Positions 1 to 16,798 of a DNA stretch of 64,000 nt are shown here, piece by piece. The position numbers and the translations under genes are program-made. The stretch covers positions 1-64,000 of the forward strand of contig KZ538367.1 in NCBI GenBank assembly GCA_000934665.2, in the 5' to 3' direction. Source of the stretch: Catajapyx aquilonaris (lineage: Eukaryota). The stretch's first letter is position 1, and each line of letters begins with the position of its first letter. The notes beneath the pieces are model-generated. The model made no database searches. It saw only the letters and a program-made list of their open reading frames with translations, and was not told the DNA's origin.

Positions 1-2245
1 AACAGATTTGGAACGAACCCTGTTGTTGCATCCATTTTATTTGGGTCTGCAACGTGTGCCCTCTTGGGTCGCCTTTACGTGGCCCGTTGGGTCACAACTG
101 TATGTGAAAAATGAAATACATATGTGGCACCTGTACTGCAGGATGGGGATGTTGAGCACACTGTGTGTGTTTCCCTGCAGTCACTATTATACACACTTGT
201 AGAAGAAATTAAACCACAATACCTAGGTACACAGATCGCTGCTTATTAGTATTACGAAAGTTGTAAACGAAGACTAAATACAATGCACCGGGAAATACAA
301 TAAAAGGGGCATTTGCTGCATGTTAGGAATCACAGGCGATGCAAAAATGTGTCACTATTTTNCCCCCCCACCCAGAAAGTAACATTTCTAGGTTTTTGAA
401 AAGGTCGATAATGTGAAACAGAAAATTGACCAACAGGGGCTACTTGTACATCAATAAAGAAATTAAAACTCGAGTCTTTAGGTGGGAATGCAATCTGTAT
501 TTCCTGCTCCAAATAAAAGTTGCAGCTAAAACACTGCTCATTTTGCACCTACAAACCAACTTCCACATCATATACTATATACAGACAGTGGGCAAGTTGC
601 AATAATCACATGTTAATTATTGTAACATCACCATCAGTAGGAAGTAATACACTGCATTACAATATTGTGCCTCACATACCCATCTTGGCAAATGCAGGGC
701 TTCTTTCTACAGCAGCTTATTTAATCATGTACTGTAAACTGCTGAATCATAAGTTCAGTGATATAGTTGGCATATACCCTCAACAATGATAGGCAGGTAA
801 TTAATGTGATGGAACCTGACAGCCATCTGAGTGACATGTACGGCTGTGGGAGGTAGGAGACAACAAACTTAGACAAGTATATACACGCATAATATCCATG
901 TTATCCATAGTCAGCATAGTGAAAATCTCCAAGCCACAAATTAAATTTTGTGACACTTATTTGCTCACAGGGTTGAACCTGAAGAATTTAATCTGGAACT
1001 AGGCTATAAATGAACAAAAACAATGACACATACAACCTGCTGTAACATACTCGCAAATTCTTTGCCTCTCACTCCTGGTGCAATACGAATATAAAACTTG
1101 AGTTTTTAACTTTGCTCATGGTAGTGTGGATAGGACAGTTGAATTGGCACATGTTAATGTCTGAGAATTTAAAATTGAGATTTTCAAACCAAACAATAAC
1201 ATGCGGAGTATCACCAGAAAAATGGAAGCCCTTGTATTTCGCGCTAATCACATGATCCTCAGCGCGTTAAGACCTTTCTTATTGTGGTGAACCGCAAACA
1301 ACAAAAAGGGAGGAGAACAGATAAATGTTTAGTTCAGTTCTGATATACATTACTTCTCTCCATTACTTAAATTAATTACAAAAAACATTACATCCTTAAT
1401 CTACTTCTTGACCTATTTCTGACCTATACCCTGTAAACTTACACTTGTACCAAAATGCAATGCTGCAGTGGTGTAGTCATTATTAAGTACAGGTACTTGG
1501 GGTTGGCTTGTGATGAAGATCTTGTGACACAGATATGTGTATACAATCACTGAAGAAATGTTTGGAACTGTGATTTCATTTCACTGCTACCTATTTCAAC
1601 CACACCTATATTTAGATGGTGACTGTATGCAAGAGTTAATAACTGTAAGTTATCTTATTCAGAAGACAAATATATCCAGTTCCTATCATTTTTTCTAAAA
1701 TGACACTCAAAAATAACCTGTACATCTAGTAAGACTAGTTACTCTTATCCTCAAGTGATGTGAACTCAGTTTAATTGAGCAGGTGCTGAGTATGAAATGC
1801 TAGAAACATGCGTACCAATCATGATTCCAGTGATAATGCTGTATATAATCACCCAGCAGTTGTTATACAGTGTGTTTCAGAATTTAGCTCACAACCATGC
1901 CAGTGGAAATCTCTCAGATGTTCACCTCAATTATTACCTTGGACAGCGCCGGCACACCATTACGAAAAGGTCATTAAATTAGCTTACCAATTACTCATAT
2001 AAGTTACTGCTACACTTGCCGGTGTAATGCCGAGAGTGTGGAAATGAGAATCCACATATTTTCATGAATACAGCTGTATGCTTAATTCTGAACACACTGC
2101 ACCTACCGCTGTACATAGTTGCTTGCACCATATTTTGGCAAAACCAGAGTTGTTGTCATTCTGTTTCAGGAGTGTGGCGGTCCTCATCCAATGTGCTGCT
2201 GGTTTGTTCCATTGGCCATCAGCACCAACTGAAGCCTACAAAGTC

Positions 2246-3965
2246 TTAATGGCAAGAAGGACTTGTTTTTCTCTCCAAGTCCCTGATGAGTGTTGCACCT
2301 TTCAAAGAGTTGCACCTGAACCCGTCCTTCTGAAGCTCGTTCCAGACCTCTTGCATCTCCTTGGTTGTGATCTGGTGTCCTATGAGCAGTGCCATGTAGT
2401 CGCAGGGATCGTCAGTGCGCTGCTCTCGCAGGAAGCTAAACTCCTCGTGGTGAAGGGCCACTACCCCCGCTGCTCTCCGGCTCATGCCAGTCACAAAAAT
2501 GTCCTCCATGTGGAAGAAGGGCAGCCTCAGGGCAGCTTGGTACAGAGGGGACAGGGCTGACCTCGACATCACATACCCAGCTCCTGCCAAGTACCCAGGG
2601 TACCGATGACCAGGATACATGTACCTGCAATGTTAATAAACGAGACTTTCACATGCTCATAAGATTGAGTGGTTCGTTCAATCCGCACCCCACACTTGCC
2701 ACAAAAGCCGTCGAAATGGATTATAAACTGATCCAAAATTTGAATTTTATTGGAGAACCACACACAACGGTGGCAACACTTCACACTGCGCATATCCCTG
2801 TTGACATGTGCAATCATTATTCTCACTGGGTTGTTCACTAAAAACCTATTTTGGTCTGCTTTCTGAATGGGAGCTTCCTGGAGCTTCTCATTTAGTGTAT
2901 GATGAGTTGATGACCAGATTGGTTTATTGTAACATAATATTATTGTGCCTTATTTGTGGACCAACCTTGGAGCATAGAACTTGCTGAACCTGTTCCTGTC
3001 AGGTGCCGCATCGCAAAAGTGGTTTCCGAAGATGAATCCAGAGGAGTCTGGGAACTTGTCCGGATGCTCCTGGATGTACTCGAGGAGGAGGAGGAGCCGG
3101 GGGATGTTGACGAAAGTGTCTTCGTCAGTCTTCATGACAAAAGCAGGTGGGGAGGAGGAGCAGTGGGTGTCGAGCCACTGGAGCATGTGCAATGACTTGA
3201 GGGTCAAGTTGTTGTACGAGTCCAGAAAGTCTGCCTGGATTATGTCCTCGTGCCTCTTGCTCTCTTCAACCACTTTGGCCTGCTTATATATAGGGATAGA
3301 TTGCATGCATGCTCACCATACCCGGTGCAAAGCTGCATGCAGTACTATACGCACCTGAAGGGTAGGTCCGAAGACAGGCATCTGCCCCAGCATGAAGGCG
3401 ACTCGGACCCCCCTGAAGGCATGCTGCCAGGAGGCCCAGGTGTCCCTGATGATGGCCCTGGTCTGGAGGTTTGTCGGAGGAGAGAAGACAAAGACCAGGA
3501 GGATCAGGTCGTCTGCAGGGTTTGTGGCCTGGCACAGCTCGGGCTGAGATATGACCAGGCTGCTCCTGCTGCTGCTGACCACTTCCTCCTCCTCCTCCTT
3601 GTTGTTGTTGTTTGTCTCAGCATACTCCAGCCCGGTAGATGTGCTCCTCTTCAGGTACCAAGAGACGTCTCTTCTTCTGGTCGTAGGCCAGCCTTCCACC
3701 TCACCTGTACATCGAAAGCAGCACAATAGCATGGATATGACAAAGAGTGGATGGAGTTGTTGTTTCACTCACCATCTGGTAAGAGTGGAATGTCGAAGTA
3801 GGAGGTGACAGAGTAGAAGATGATGATGAATAAGGCCGAGGTGAGGAGCCCAACGCAGCACCTGGGATGCCTCCTCTGGTATGACTTGCCGCTGTCGTAC
3901 AGGCAATGAGGCATCAGCAGGTGGTGGTGACGGTGATGGTGATGACCTTTGCTCTCTGCCATCAT
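2246..3965 (-). CDS. Beta-1,3-galactosyltransferase family (GT31) type II membrane glycosyltransferase, 4 coding exons
   Basis: Exons 3965-3773, 3704-3355, 3279-2966 and 2624-2246 join in frame through GT-AG introns. The product has an N-terminal TM segment (CCVGLLTSALFIIIFYSV) and the GT31 motifs RAIIRDTW, DIIQADFLDSYNNLTLKS, MKTDEDTFVN (DxD), YPGYLAGAGYVMS and EDIFVTG. Confidence 0.93.
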
Positions 3966-6071
3966 CCACAACTGTAAGTGGGACACACAATATAATAATC
4001 AACACTTGCCTATAGGAACTATACGTGGCTTGGTTGTTGTGCCAGGTAATCATGGCCGCAGCCAATCCACTGATGTTCTGATTGGATGGGCACTTTCTCG
4101 CGTGGGTTATTCTCTCCGTGCTCGCGCGGTTTTTCTCGGTGGTTATCCCGCTTCCTACAACTACATATGGGTCATTCTAAATTCACTTGCACTTTTCTTG
4201 TCCTGTAATATTAATTCCTCGTCAGCCTTTAACTGCTTTTGTTCCACGTTACTCTTACTTTTTAAATCATCTAATTACCTCATAAAAATGTATTAAATTA
4301 GTTTAAAACTTTATTTTAATAAGGTACGAGATAAATCCCCCCCCCCCCATCACAGCATCCACATAATGCAATAACTGTGACTGAAATCCAACGAACAAAA
4401 TTACCCGGGGAAAAAAGGGGAGTAAATATAGAACGACCCACATACCAATCGTGTCATTCTTCTGGGCACCTCGAGTGCTGCTGGGTCTATCTATAGTGAG
4501 GGAGGGCGTGTAAGTAGTAGACGTGGCAGCAAAGAAGGCGGCAATTACGACGCCCGCCGCCTCTCTACCTTTTGAATTATTCAAAGCCTTTTCTGCCCCA
4601 TAGTGCACTTGCATAAAAACCCCGTGTTCATATCGTGCATACCTAACTGATGTTTCCGGGAAGCCAGTCCCGCCATGTGTATACTATACATTATTAGGAC
4701 GTCGGCGTCTAACCGATCGGGTCGAACGAGTCCGATAAAACCTCACCCCCAGCAATGCTGCCGTATATATGTATGTGGTCTGCCTACAGGATGCGTCAGA
4801 ACTCCCCGTCAGCCAGCCGACAGACACACGTATCTAATGTCGACCAGCATAATATATAACTTGGCTCCTCCGACTTCACCCTATATACATACAAGTGCTG
4901 GCAAGCATAATAATTATGCACGACCTGCAGCTGGGACATGGTCTGATTCCCTGCGTGGATGACTGGTTGGATCATCAAGAAATGCCCTTTGTTCGAGGTG
5001 CGACATATATAAACCTTATTAAAAGTATATGCAGGCCGCCCAGCCGCAAGCCTATAGGCTGGATATAGAACATAAAAATATACACGCCTGGAAAATGGAC
5101 AGGCCAGAGAGTCGGTGAGCGGCATCAATGCGTGGTGTATACGACTGTGAAGTGTGAACATTATTTTGGGTGCCCCCGGGTGCCCCTTTGCGCAGCCATC
5201 CGCACTGCACCTTATACCCTGGAACGTAGGCTACACACACAGAGCCCCCGTCACCGTATACTTATCGAAGCCACATTACCACTCTCAAGTCGTATCCACA
5301 TTTCACACTTGCCTCATCTGTGCAGCAGCTGGATTATACCTTGGAGGTCTCATTCATCCTGCATCATAAATTATACTGTACCGGTACTGTACTGTGTACA
5401 TGAGGAGTCTCAAAGGCGGCTAAGTATTTTTTTTTAAAACTGGTCTTAAAATGAGCAAAAACTGCTGATTAACTTTCACGTTCCGATGTGCGTAAAGTAT
5501 ATAGGTGGATTACAACACTGTACTTGGTCAGTTACATTCACCTTTAGAAGCTTGTGCCGGTGACCGCTTGAACAAACAAAATAATATTTCCCCTGCGGCG
5601 CCCGGTCTTATTCTCATTTTGCTCCTTTCCCCTATATAATTACTACAGGTTGGACATGCCTCTTGTGTGGTTCTAAATATTCATTAGAATATAAGCTCTG
5701 CGGCTGGGAGTTTACGAAGGGAGTTGCCGGAGTCTCAAAAGGGTAGGCATGCACGAGAACAATGCTTGGAGCAGAGGAAAATGTCATTTGCAAATGCGTG
5801 GACCCAATATTATCGCATATGCTGCTTGACGAAGTAAGACCACGTGCGCTTGCGAAAATGGGTTATGTACCACCATGGCTACATATATACTGCTGATGAG
5901 TAGTACACCACCGTTCAGACTTAATGTATTTGGGACACACCCTGCTGGCCTGTATACACTCATCATGCTGGCATGAGGAAATAATAATCGCCAACAACCG
6001 CGGTGTAAATCCAGTTCCCATTGAGTGTCCATATGTTGAGACTTATTCCACGCATATGTATAATACGTATA

Positions 6072-6509
6072 CAGGGTGTATCAAAACTCTACCATAAGCC
6101 ATGTACCAATGGCATAAGGGGCACCAGAGCATCATTTTATGTAGAGGGGTCATCATGTATAGGCAGCCACATCACGTAGATAATTGACCTCAACCAACTA
6201 GTATAAAATAGCCTGGCAGGTATGTAAACCTTCAGCCGCCATCGCGTCACAGGTGAAGGTCGCAGCTATTTTCTGGGGGGCTACTGCCACACTGCTATTG
6301 GGGTAGTCACTAAGGGCTCTTAGAATGCAGTTCCCACCAGATGCACTGCTATTCTACAATCACGCTTAAGCGCAATCGCTACTACGCAAATGATCAATTA
6401 TCTACGTGATGTGGCTGCCTAGACATGATGACCCCTCTACATAAAATGATGCTCTGGTGCCCCTTATGCCATTGGTACATGGCTTATGGTAGAGTTTTGA
6501 TACACCCTG
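6072..6509. mobile_element. Non-autonomous DNA transposon (MITE), Tc1/mariner-like, 438 bp with 116-bp terminal inverted repeats
   Basis: 6072-6187 is the reverse complement of 6394-6509 with 1 mismatch. Ends are CAGGGTGTATCAAAA...TTTTGATACACCCTG, flanked by TA on both sides (6070-6071, 6510-6511). No transposase ORF. Confidence 0.9.
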
Positions 6510-9500
6510 TATATAGATTATATAGCAGATGAGGCCGTTGCTCGCCCCTTTTTAAATTGGTTTCCGATGCGAACAATGCGCGACTTGTTCCCTGGAACAA
6601 CTGGCTGAATGGAGGCTTGATGGGACTGCATCATGTGATGACACACGACATGCAGTGATTGGAATCAATCCACTGATTGGCTTCGATACGTACTGTTGAA
6701 AGGTTTCATATTGTGCAGCACAGGCCTGCTCCTATAATCTCGGTTCGTCGCGTGCGGGAAATCACCCATTGGATGACAACCTCATGTCGCCATTGATTTA
6801 TATAGTTACAAGCCATAGCTGCTCTGACTGACTGGTGAGACACATTTTATCAATTCCTCGAGATTCCATCCGGTGAGATCACGTGAATACGTGCTGACAA
6901 TATTGCTTCAGTGGTAATAATTTCAAATCCCAAAATCATCGCCATGCATTTGCCTCGCCGCATGAGCACGGACTGTGTTTGCCTCGTTTTCTGTCCCCCT
7001 TCACTAATTATGTATATTAAACAAGTCCAGCTGCAGTGCCGGGGACGCATCCAGTAGCAGCAGAGTGTGGGTTGCATATGATATACGCATAAGGATGACC
7101 GTGTTATAACATCTGATGAAGGTGCAGGGTTACGCAAACCGAGTTTGAAGGCGGATGGGCGGGCGGGGCAGCAGCATCCCGTTGAGACAAAACAGTCCAC
7201 TGGCCCTTCTCGCAATATTTCGGCAATTATTGTTACACCGAGACATCACCGCTTATAGCTTGCTTTTTATCTGATGTGCTGCGAGAAGAGATTTCAGGAG
7301 AGAGCGATGAATCTCCATTTGCTCCATTCAGATCGGCCGTATATTATTATTTTGTATATCAATCGTGTATTTGACTATTTCAGAAGGTATGACTCAGGCA
7401 GCGGCACATTTACTATGTAGGCTATTGGAAATTGCCAAAAATTTTGCTAAACACTATATTTCATAATCTGCCCAGGCAACATATGCCTTGGACGAAGAGT
7501 TACACAAAAATTAGTTCATATAGATGGCACTGGTCTTTTGGAATGGTTCGACTTGAGAAATGGGTTCGTCTGTAATATTAAACGCCAGCAGATCCTTGCA
7601 GAAAAAGGGCAGATGAAACCGACATGCACTTGAAACATCTGATGCCCAACTTTCCGCAATAATCCGCATAAAAGAAGGTCAAGATGCTTCCCCAATCCAT
7701 TTCGCCCCCTGTCCTCCCACATTGATCCTATATATATATTATTAATTGCTCGTGGCAATCACATGCAAAAGCCAGTTGAAAATTTGGCGTGGAATTGTAC
7801 ATACCGATATGCACACGCGAATCCTCTCATGCAGGTTGTACCAGTATTTCCACATGTGCAGCTCATGACACCTTGCTAATCACATAAGTGTCACGCAGAG
7901 ACAAGTTTGCGTGCAACACGTCCTGACAACCGGCCCTCCCGAGGAGAGGAAGAGGGCTTCTTCTTAACCATCGTCAACCATGCATTATGTATAGACCCCC
8001 CATGTCATCGAGATGGATGTGGTCACGTACATGCTACACTTGGTGATGCCCATCATGTGTCACTCACCAGAGACGTACGCTGCACACCCACAGGTGATGG
8101 GGCACATCATGTCTTCTGTAGAAGAACGGTATGCCTTTACACAACATGATCAGGAGCCACCCTCACCGGACACTATACCAATGTGAGGCGTGTATAAACT
8201 TGTTAGTATGAGTACTGAGAGTGCTGGGCAAGACATGGCCATTAGCATGCGTGAAGGGGCATGGGATTGCATGATTGGCGCATTCATTCGTCGATTGCCA
8301 TTGCGCTATTCCGTTCTTGCCGTTTATTTTTGAGAGCCCGCCGAAGCAGGTCGACAGCGGGTCTATAATATAATCTCTATCTATACATATAGAGGCAGAT
8401 ATGCCGATTCTGGCATAAATTAATATTGAAATCTGATGATTGCCAGCAAAAGTACTATATATACCGAGGTCTGTAGTACGCAAAATTTCTGGGAAAATCG
8501 AGGTACACAATAGGCCTATACATTGGAGCATTTATTAAGCATGTATCGACTGGTTCGTTTGCAGTCTTCAAAGACCACCAATCGACAGACCTATATACTT
8601 ATCCCCCAGCAGCCAAATGCGGGGGCGGGGGGGTTATACGTGTACACCGTGTATATGGCCTATTGCACAGGGAAATGGTCGTTCCGAGGAAAATTGCGGC
8701 CGCTGATTTGCGATTTATGTACACAGAGAAATATCGAAGGATAAAAATTCGTGTCATTGACCAAGAGACAGGCGCATTTCGCCAGCCATATTATGCGCGA
8801 AATAATACATGTATATAATAGACTATACGTTTTCTAAGTATATCGCTGGCTGAACAATGGCTGCGGAGGGCCGAGGCAGTATTCGGGGCTACTTTACATG
8901 ATGTATACAGTATACAGTATAGTGCATGGTAGGCTACTGCAGTCTACGTATTAGCCGGAGGACACTGGGGATTCGGGGGACATTTTTGCACACGTATTAA
9001 TCCCGGCCACTTCGCGCAAAGGTATTCAATTGCGTTATTTTCGTGATGGAGGTACAATCAAGTTGTACATGATGTCCTTTACTTTAAAATACGTCTTTTA
9101 AAAATAGATTTCTGTTCTGAAGTTGGCGGTCCCGTGCAGGAAGTCGCATTCAAAACAGACTCGCAATTGCTACCTTTCGTGCAAATATCTTCCTGCGCTT
9201 GTTATTTTATTGGACGTTGATTCCTTCCGATACTTACAAAGTTTGAAATAGTTGCGACTGCTTTCAAGAAGAAATTAGACTCGAAAAACTATGGAAAAGA
9301 ACCGAGTTGTATAATAATCACACAGTCGCCACAGAATATTGACCAGAAAATTGTTTCTCCCCTTAGAAGCCCTTCCCCCCCTCTGTGTCATCTCCAGGGA
9401 CACAATACTGTATACTCTGATTATGTTGATTAACGCGTGGCAATTAAAACCCCTTCACGCTGCCTTGCCAACATTCATCGCGTGCTCGCCACTGCACAAC

Positions 9501-12500
9501 AAAACAATACGTTGGTGTCAAGTATAGCAACGACCGAAAACCCCGACGTGTTTCTGTACAATGGAGCAAATCATACAGGCTTCACAACGGCTGGAAATAA
9601 AAATCGCCAGCACAAAAGCCATTCAGATGCAAATGCGGCGCCTCGTCCTCTTCTTTAAACCTGCAGCAGGCGAGGCAACATGGTCATCGTTGTTTCCAAG
9701 GTGATTTACGCAAGGTCCCCCCCCAGTCGCGGATATAATGACTACACGCTGAGCCGGTGTCCAATTTGAGGACATGTCACGCAATGCACGGCGCTATTGA
9801 AATGATTACATTCCGTAATATTATTACGAGATCCCGCGTTGCCCAGCACAATATGCACGGATTTACAAGTTGATATAGAAATTGCCCCCGGACAAATGAA
9901 AGCTAACTGCAGATACGCGGACCCGAAATTTTAACAACAGGGATAGACCCGTGCGGGTAAATATATCAAGACCTGATCGCTCCAGAGTCCGCCGATGTGT
10001 TGTATACGCAGGCAGTATTTATTACTTCCAATGCGAGACCGAGAGGAAATGTAAATTGCATCGGCTACAGATATCACCGTCGACCTTGAAATCGCGTTGC
10101 TAACTTTATATTATACAGACAGCTATAGGGGCCTCAGGCGAGGATGTATCCTCGCGTGAGACCATGATCCGATTTAACTGCATTAATCTTATACGCCAAC
10201 AGGTCCGGCGATGAGCACGACTCGACAATACCGCGGACCAACCACTGCGGTATGAAATACCCGCGACACTGCTGGTGTATGCCTTGAATATTGAGAGAGA
10301 GACTGTTGGATTGGGCGTGCGACTCTTACCTGATGAACGCAGCAGCATCGGTCCAGCTTATTGGAATAACGTGCGAATATGACGTGATGTGGCAACGAGC
10401 GACGTGGGGCATCGGTTCCGCTGCCAGTGTTGCTGGTGCTGGGTCAATGTGGTGGTCGAGCGTCGTGAATGCCTGAGCGTGCCTTGTTTGTCTGGCAGAC
10501 GGTGTCGGTCTTTGTGGCTTGACCGTGTGAGTGAGTTGGATAAAAAAAAATCAGCGACCCTGGCCTCCAAGGTCACCCGTCGTTCCCACGGAGCGCTGTT
10601 GTGAATCACACTTATTGCGTCCACTCATCTATATACACTGCTGCCCCGTATACGGTCTCATTCTTGAATGGAATATGATCAGAGGACCCCGGGGGAAAGG
10701 CCCGATCGATACAAAAGGAGGAGCCCAGATGCTGGGAACGTGGTGCTCCTTCACCTGGGATGCTGCTGACCAGCACCCCCCGGGTTCTGGGTTGAGTAGT
10801 AGATCACAGGCTCCGTCATCCGAGCTTGGGGAATGCACAGGCGATAGGCTCGAGTGGCTAAGACTCCGGCTTAAATCCCCCCGTGGCAATGTGGCATCAC
10901 CCCAAGGCCACAGGTCCCCTCTATTATAGCTTGAAAGTGGCAGAGTCTACGGCCGGATTATATTGCAGGCAGGCCACCAGTTATTTCCTACTCACTGGGT
11001 ACACTAGATGAGAGGCACAGCACACACGTGCCACCCTGATGCAGCATCCCTAGCTGCACCAACACACACACCCACTGCATCTTCTGTGGCCATCCCAGCC
11101 AGCTTCAGTGCCTCTGACTCTCACTCTGTTGTTGCTGCTGCTGTTGTAATCCCAGCACAGCCACACAACAGGCATCGGGCGCCGGCATCATCGGCCCTGA
11201 CTGGCCCCCACCTCCCCTCTCCCTTTGCCTGATGGATGATGCCCGCGCCTCCCTCCCTTCCCACCTCCCTTCTGCACAGACTCTGTCCCGTACAGTCTAC
11301 CGGGTGAGCAGGCAGGCTCAGACTCTCCTATATAGTATAGCCCTAGTTCCCCTGTATACGTACTATACCCACCCAACCGCCCCATCTGCCCATATTCCAG
11401 CATGGATTTATTATGCACATAATATGGACATTACACAGCCAAACAGTTCAAGTTGACCTAGGCATTATTAGGCAAGCAAAGCATGTGTGGACGGAAGGGT
11501 TCAAAGGGAGCTGGGTTGACTATATACCCATCTCGCGGAAATATTATTTCGCAACATCCTATATAGATAGAGAGGGTATCGCTTATGGGTTGGGGTGGTG
11601 GTCTATAAAGGTCAATAGTCTCGCTCGGGCGGGACCGTGTAGCCCCGGCACAGCAGAAGCAGATGCCCGCCTGCTCAATCCTAGTGCAGCAGGTGGCGGA
11701 TTCATCGATCCCGCACCGTCGTCGTCGTCGTCGTGCCTTGGCCCTATACTATAGCTGGCAGACAACCAACTTATAGTCTTCATAAGCTATATGGCTCTAT
11801 ACATCACCACCAGCGCTATATATAAAATGCATCGACTGACACGGCATGGATTTGTACCAATTTATTGGACCATCTATTGCCGGACCTTTCCCAGGGAAGC
11901 CACACCCACTTTTAACGACGGATCCAAATGCGAAATGAAAAAAAATATACATTGCGGGGAACACAATCCTGATGACGAACCCTCCTGTCGCCATCGATAT
12001 AATTATAATATTATATTAAGAAATGAATAAAATGATCGCGTAGTTTATTGTCGCTGAACCGCCGAGTGATGTGGCTGGACGTGTATATCGTGCCGCAGAT
12101 ATGCTGACTACTATTCAACTGGCAAGCCGGACCGCCAGTCAATCAATCGAGCAATCCGGCAATCAGTCAATCAACTCGGACATGGATCGCTCTCGTGCCC
12201 TGTTCTAATGATCGCCCCCTTTATACTTCCTGGTGACGCCCGGTCTCGTCCAATATTTAAGGTGTTCAAAAAAAAAAAAAGACAAAAAGACAAACCGTTA
12301 AAATGATGCGCGGGAACAATCTACGGTGTAGAAATGCCACTTGGTCTCCGACGCATCGTTACCCAAATAATAATGGCCCGCGCAGCACGCAAGGCGTGAA
12401 ATAGACGACTGGATAGCAGGATTGCCTTCCTTCCCGTACAAAATTCCCTTTTCTCTCAAAATAATGTAGAGTCGTTATATGTTGTGTTTGTGTCCCTGCA

Positions 12501-12945
12501 ATTCCACGTTCACCTGCATGTGACGAGCAGTGGCCGAGGGTGATGGAAGTGTCGTATTTATAGTAGTCCGGATCCTTGCAGAAAGACGTCGGGCAGCCCG
12601 AGACCAAATTGCATCACTAAATTCGTGGAAAGACCACAATAAGTTTTGCATACCGGTATGGGGCAATGGGGGTATATATAATTATATATTTTCTCCCTCA
12701 TTACTTCATTCCGAGGTGGTCATGCATCTCAATAGTTCACACAACTTACACACTGAAGTAACATTGCTTTCTCTGTCGTCGAGCGAATGGCCAACCATTG
12801 TCGAGTTTACTTATGACTGGCATTTATATATCGCACAGAGCGGTTGAAATTTAACTTACTAATATATACATAATATTTCAGCCCATTTACAGCCTAAAAT
12901 CAACTGTATAGATCCAGCTGCACCAAAGCTATTGGGTATATATGC

Positions 12946-13806
12946 TGGGTGATTCTCCAAAAACTTACCAATACCATGTCCCAGCATAATAACTCAAAAA
13001 TGGTTTGACTGAGAGAGTTGATATTTTAAACATTTGGAGAAGCAGTTGACACCTAGCCATCCCCATGAAAACAAAGAAAAATATTAAATTAAGTTTTACT
13101 GCAAAAAATGTCAAAGGGCCTAAAATCACTATTCATGGCATGTCCCGATCTCATTTTAAAGCATGCTATATTTTCTTACAATATATTTTATTATTAACAT
13201 TAGACAAGTTTCAATACTATAATTAAATTATACATAGTTGCAGGTATAAAGCAACATTTTTAAAACGATTTATTCATTTGACATGACCTTGCTGCATCAC
13301 TCCAAAGTGTGTCCCGAGTTTTCCCGGAAATAAAAAGTTCCCACTCCTGGCTCATTTTTCTATGTCACAAAATAGCTTAAATGTTTTGAAATAACTGTGA
13401 TTCCATAGCATGAAGGGTCTTCTTGAACCCACCGAAATCTCCATAGACAACGTTTGTTCTGGACCGTGATATTAATCCTATTGCATGCATAGGTCATTCT
13501 TCTGGCTCCCGAACTCCTGGAAATATTCACTCTCCTGGCATTAGAATATCAGAATTAGTTCTCCATATTTTTCCCTGATTTGTGACCTCATATAGAGTAA
13601 GGGCCGGTTTCACCGAGCTCAGTATATGATAAAACCAGGGTATTTCTCAAAATCCCTATCTATTTGTATGGATTTTCCTAAGGAAACCTGGTTTTATCAT
13701 ATACCAAGCTCGGTGAAACCGGCCCTAAGTGAGAATTTTTCCAGATTTTTAAAACAAGTTTTGAAATTCTTGCTTTGAAAATTGCAAGTTTTTGGAGAAT
13801 CACCCA
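12946..13806. mobile_element. Older AT-rich non-autonomous element bounded by 21-bp inverted repeats
   Basis: TGGGTGATTCTCCAAAAACTT (12946-12966) and its perfect reverse complement (13786-13806) bound an AT-rich non-coding interior. Flanks are TA-rich but the TSD is not clean. Confidence 0.65.
13601..13725. mobile_element. 125-bp PIF/Harbinger (Tourist)-like MITE
   Basis: 39-bp TIRs starting GGGCCGGTTTCACCGAGCT (13601-13639 vs 13687-13725, 2 mismatches), with a 3-bp TAA duplication on both sides (13598-13600, 13726-13728). Confidence 0.88.
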
Positions 13807-14446
13807 TATATGAAAAAGACTTTGACAGACGCCTATTTCCACGGGCTTCTTATGCACTCGACGACTGTACATGACGCATTGTTTTGCATGCAGTTACCGT
13901 ACAGAACTGTACACTGCTCGAAGGTGGGATTTTCCCTGCGGAACGGCATTTCACATTGCCGTAATATTAAATGGGAAAATGTCGCAGTCTTCGTGTCAGG
14001 ATAACAGTATCCCGTTCTGTCTGAAGAGCGGTTTTCACGGATTAGATTGTTTCTTTCTGAGGATAAAAATAAAGAAAAGCGACACTAACGAGTAAAGCAT
14101 AAAAATGATGATTGTGCCCTGTCATGTGCAGCAGCACTTCCATCGTTAATTGACAGAGAAAAATGCTAGCCAGCAGCATACGGTATATAGCCATCATCAT
14201 TATGTTAAAAATACGGGTAAAATGACGTTACAAATTTTGCACTGGATATGGGATGTTAGCCCAGACGCATCAGCGTCATGGCGTCAAGTTTATATTAATT
14301 TATGGTAAATATCACGTTACAGATTTTGTGTACATGTCCGGGATGATGTATAGTACACTTTAAGGCCACGTGTATATAAAAGTGGTGTGATCGTCGATGT
14401 CTGGGTCGTCGTCTCTATCTATATAGTGTGAAGTGCTGTTGTTGCT

Positions 14447-16798
<2,352 letters not shown>

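Noticed and set aside
1..97. Possible minus-strand exon with ATG running off the window edge
   Set aside because: Only about 11 codons are visible, so it cannot be assigned.
7995..8187. Exon-like block TPHVIEMDVVTYMLHLVMPIMCHSPE...
   Set aside because: No recognisable family and no upstream exon could be joined with confidence.
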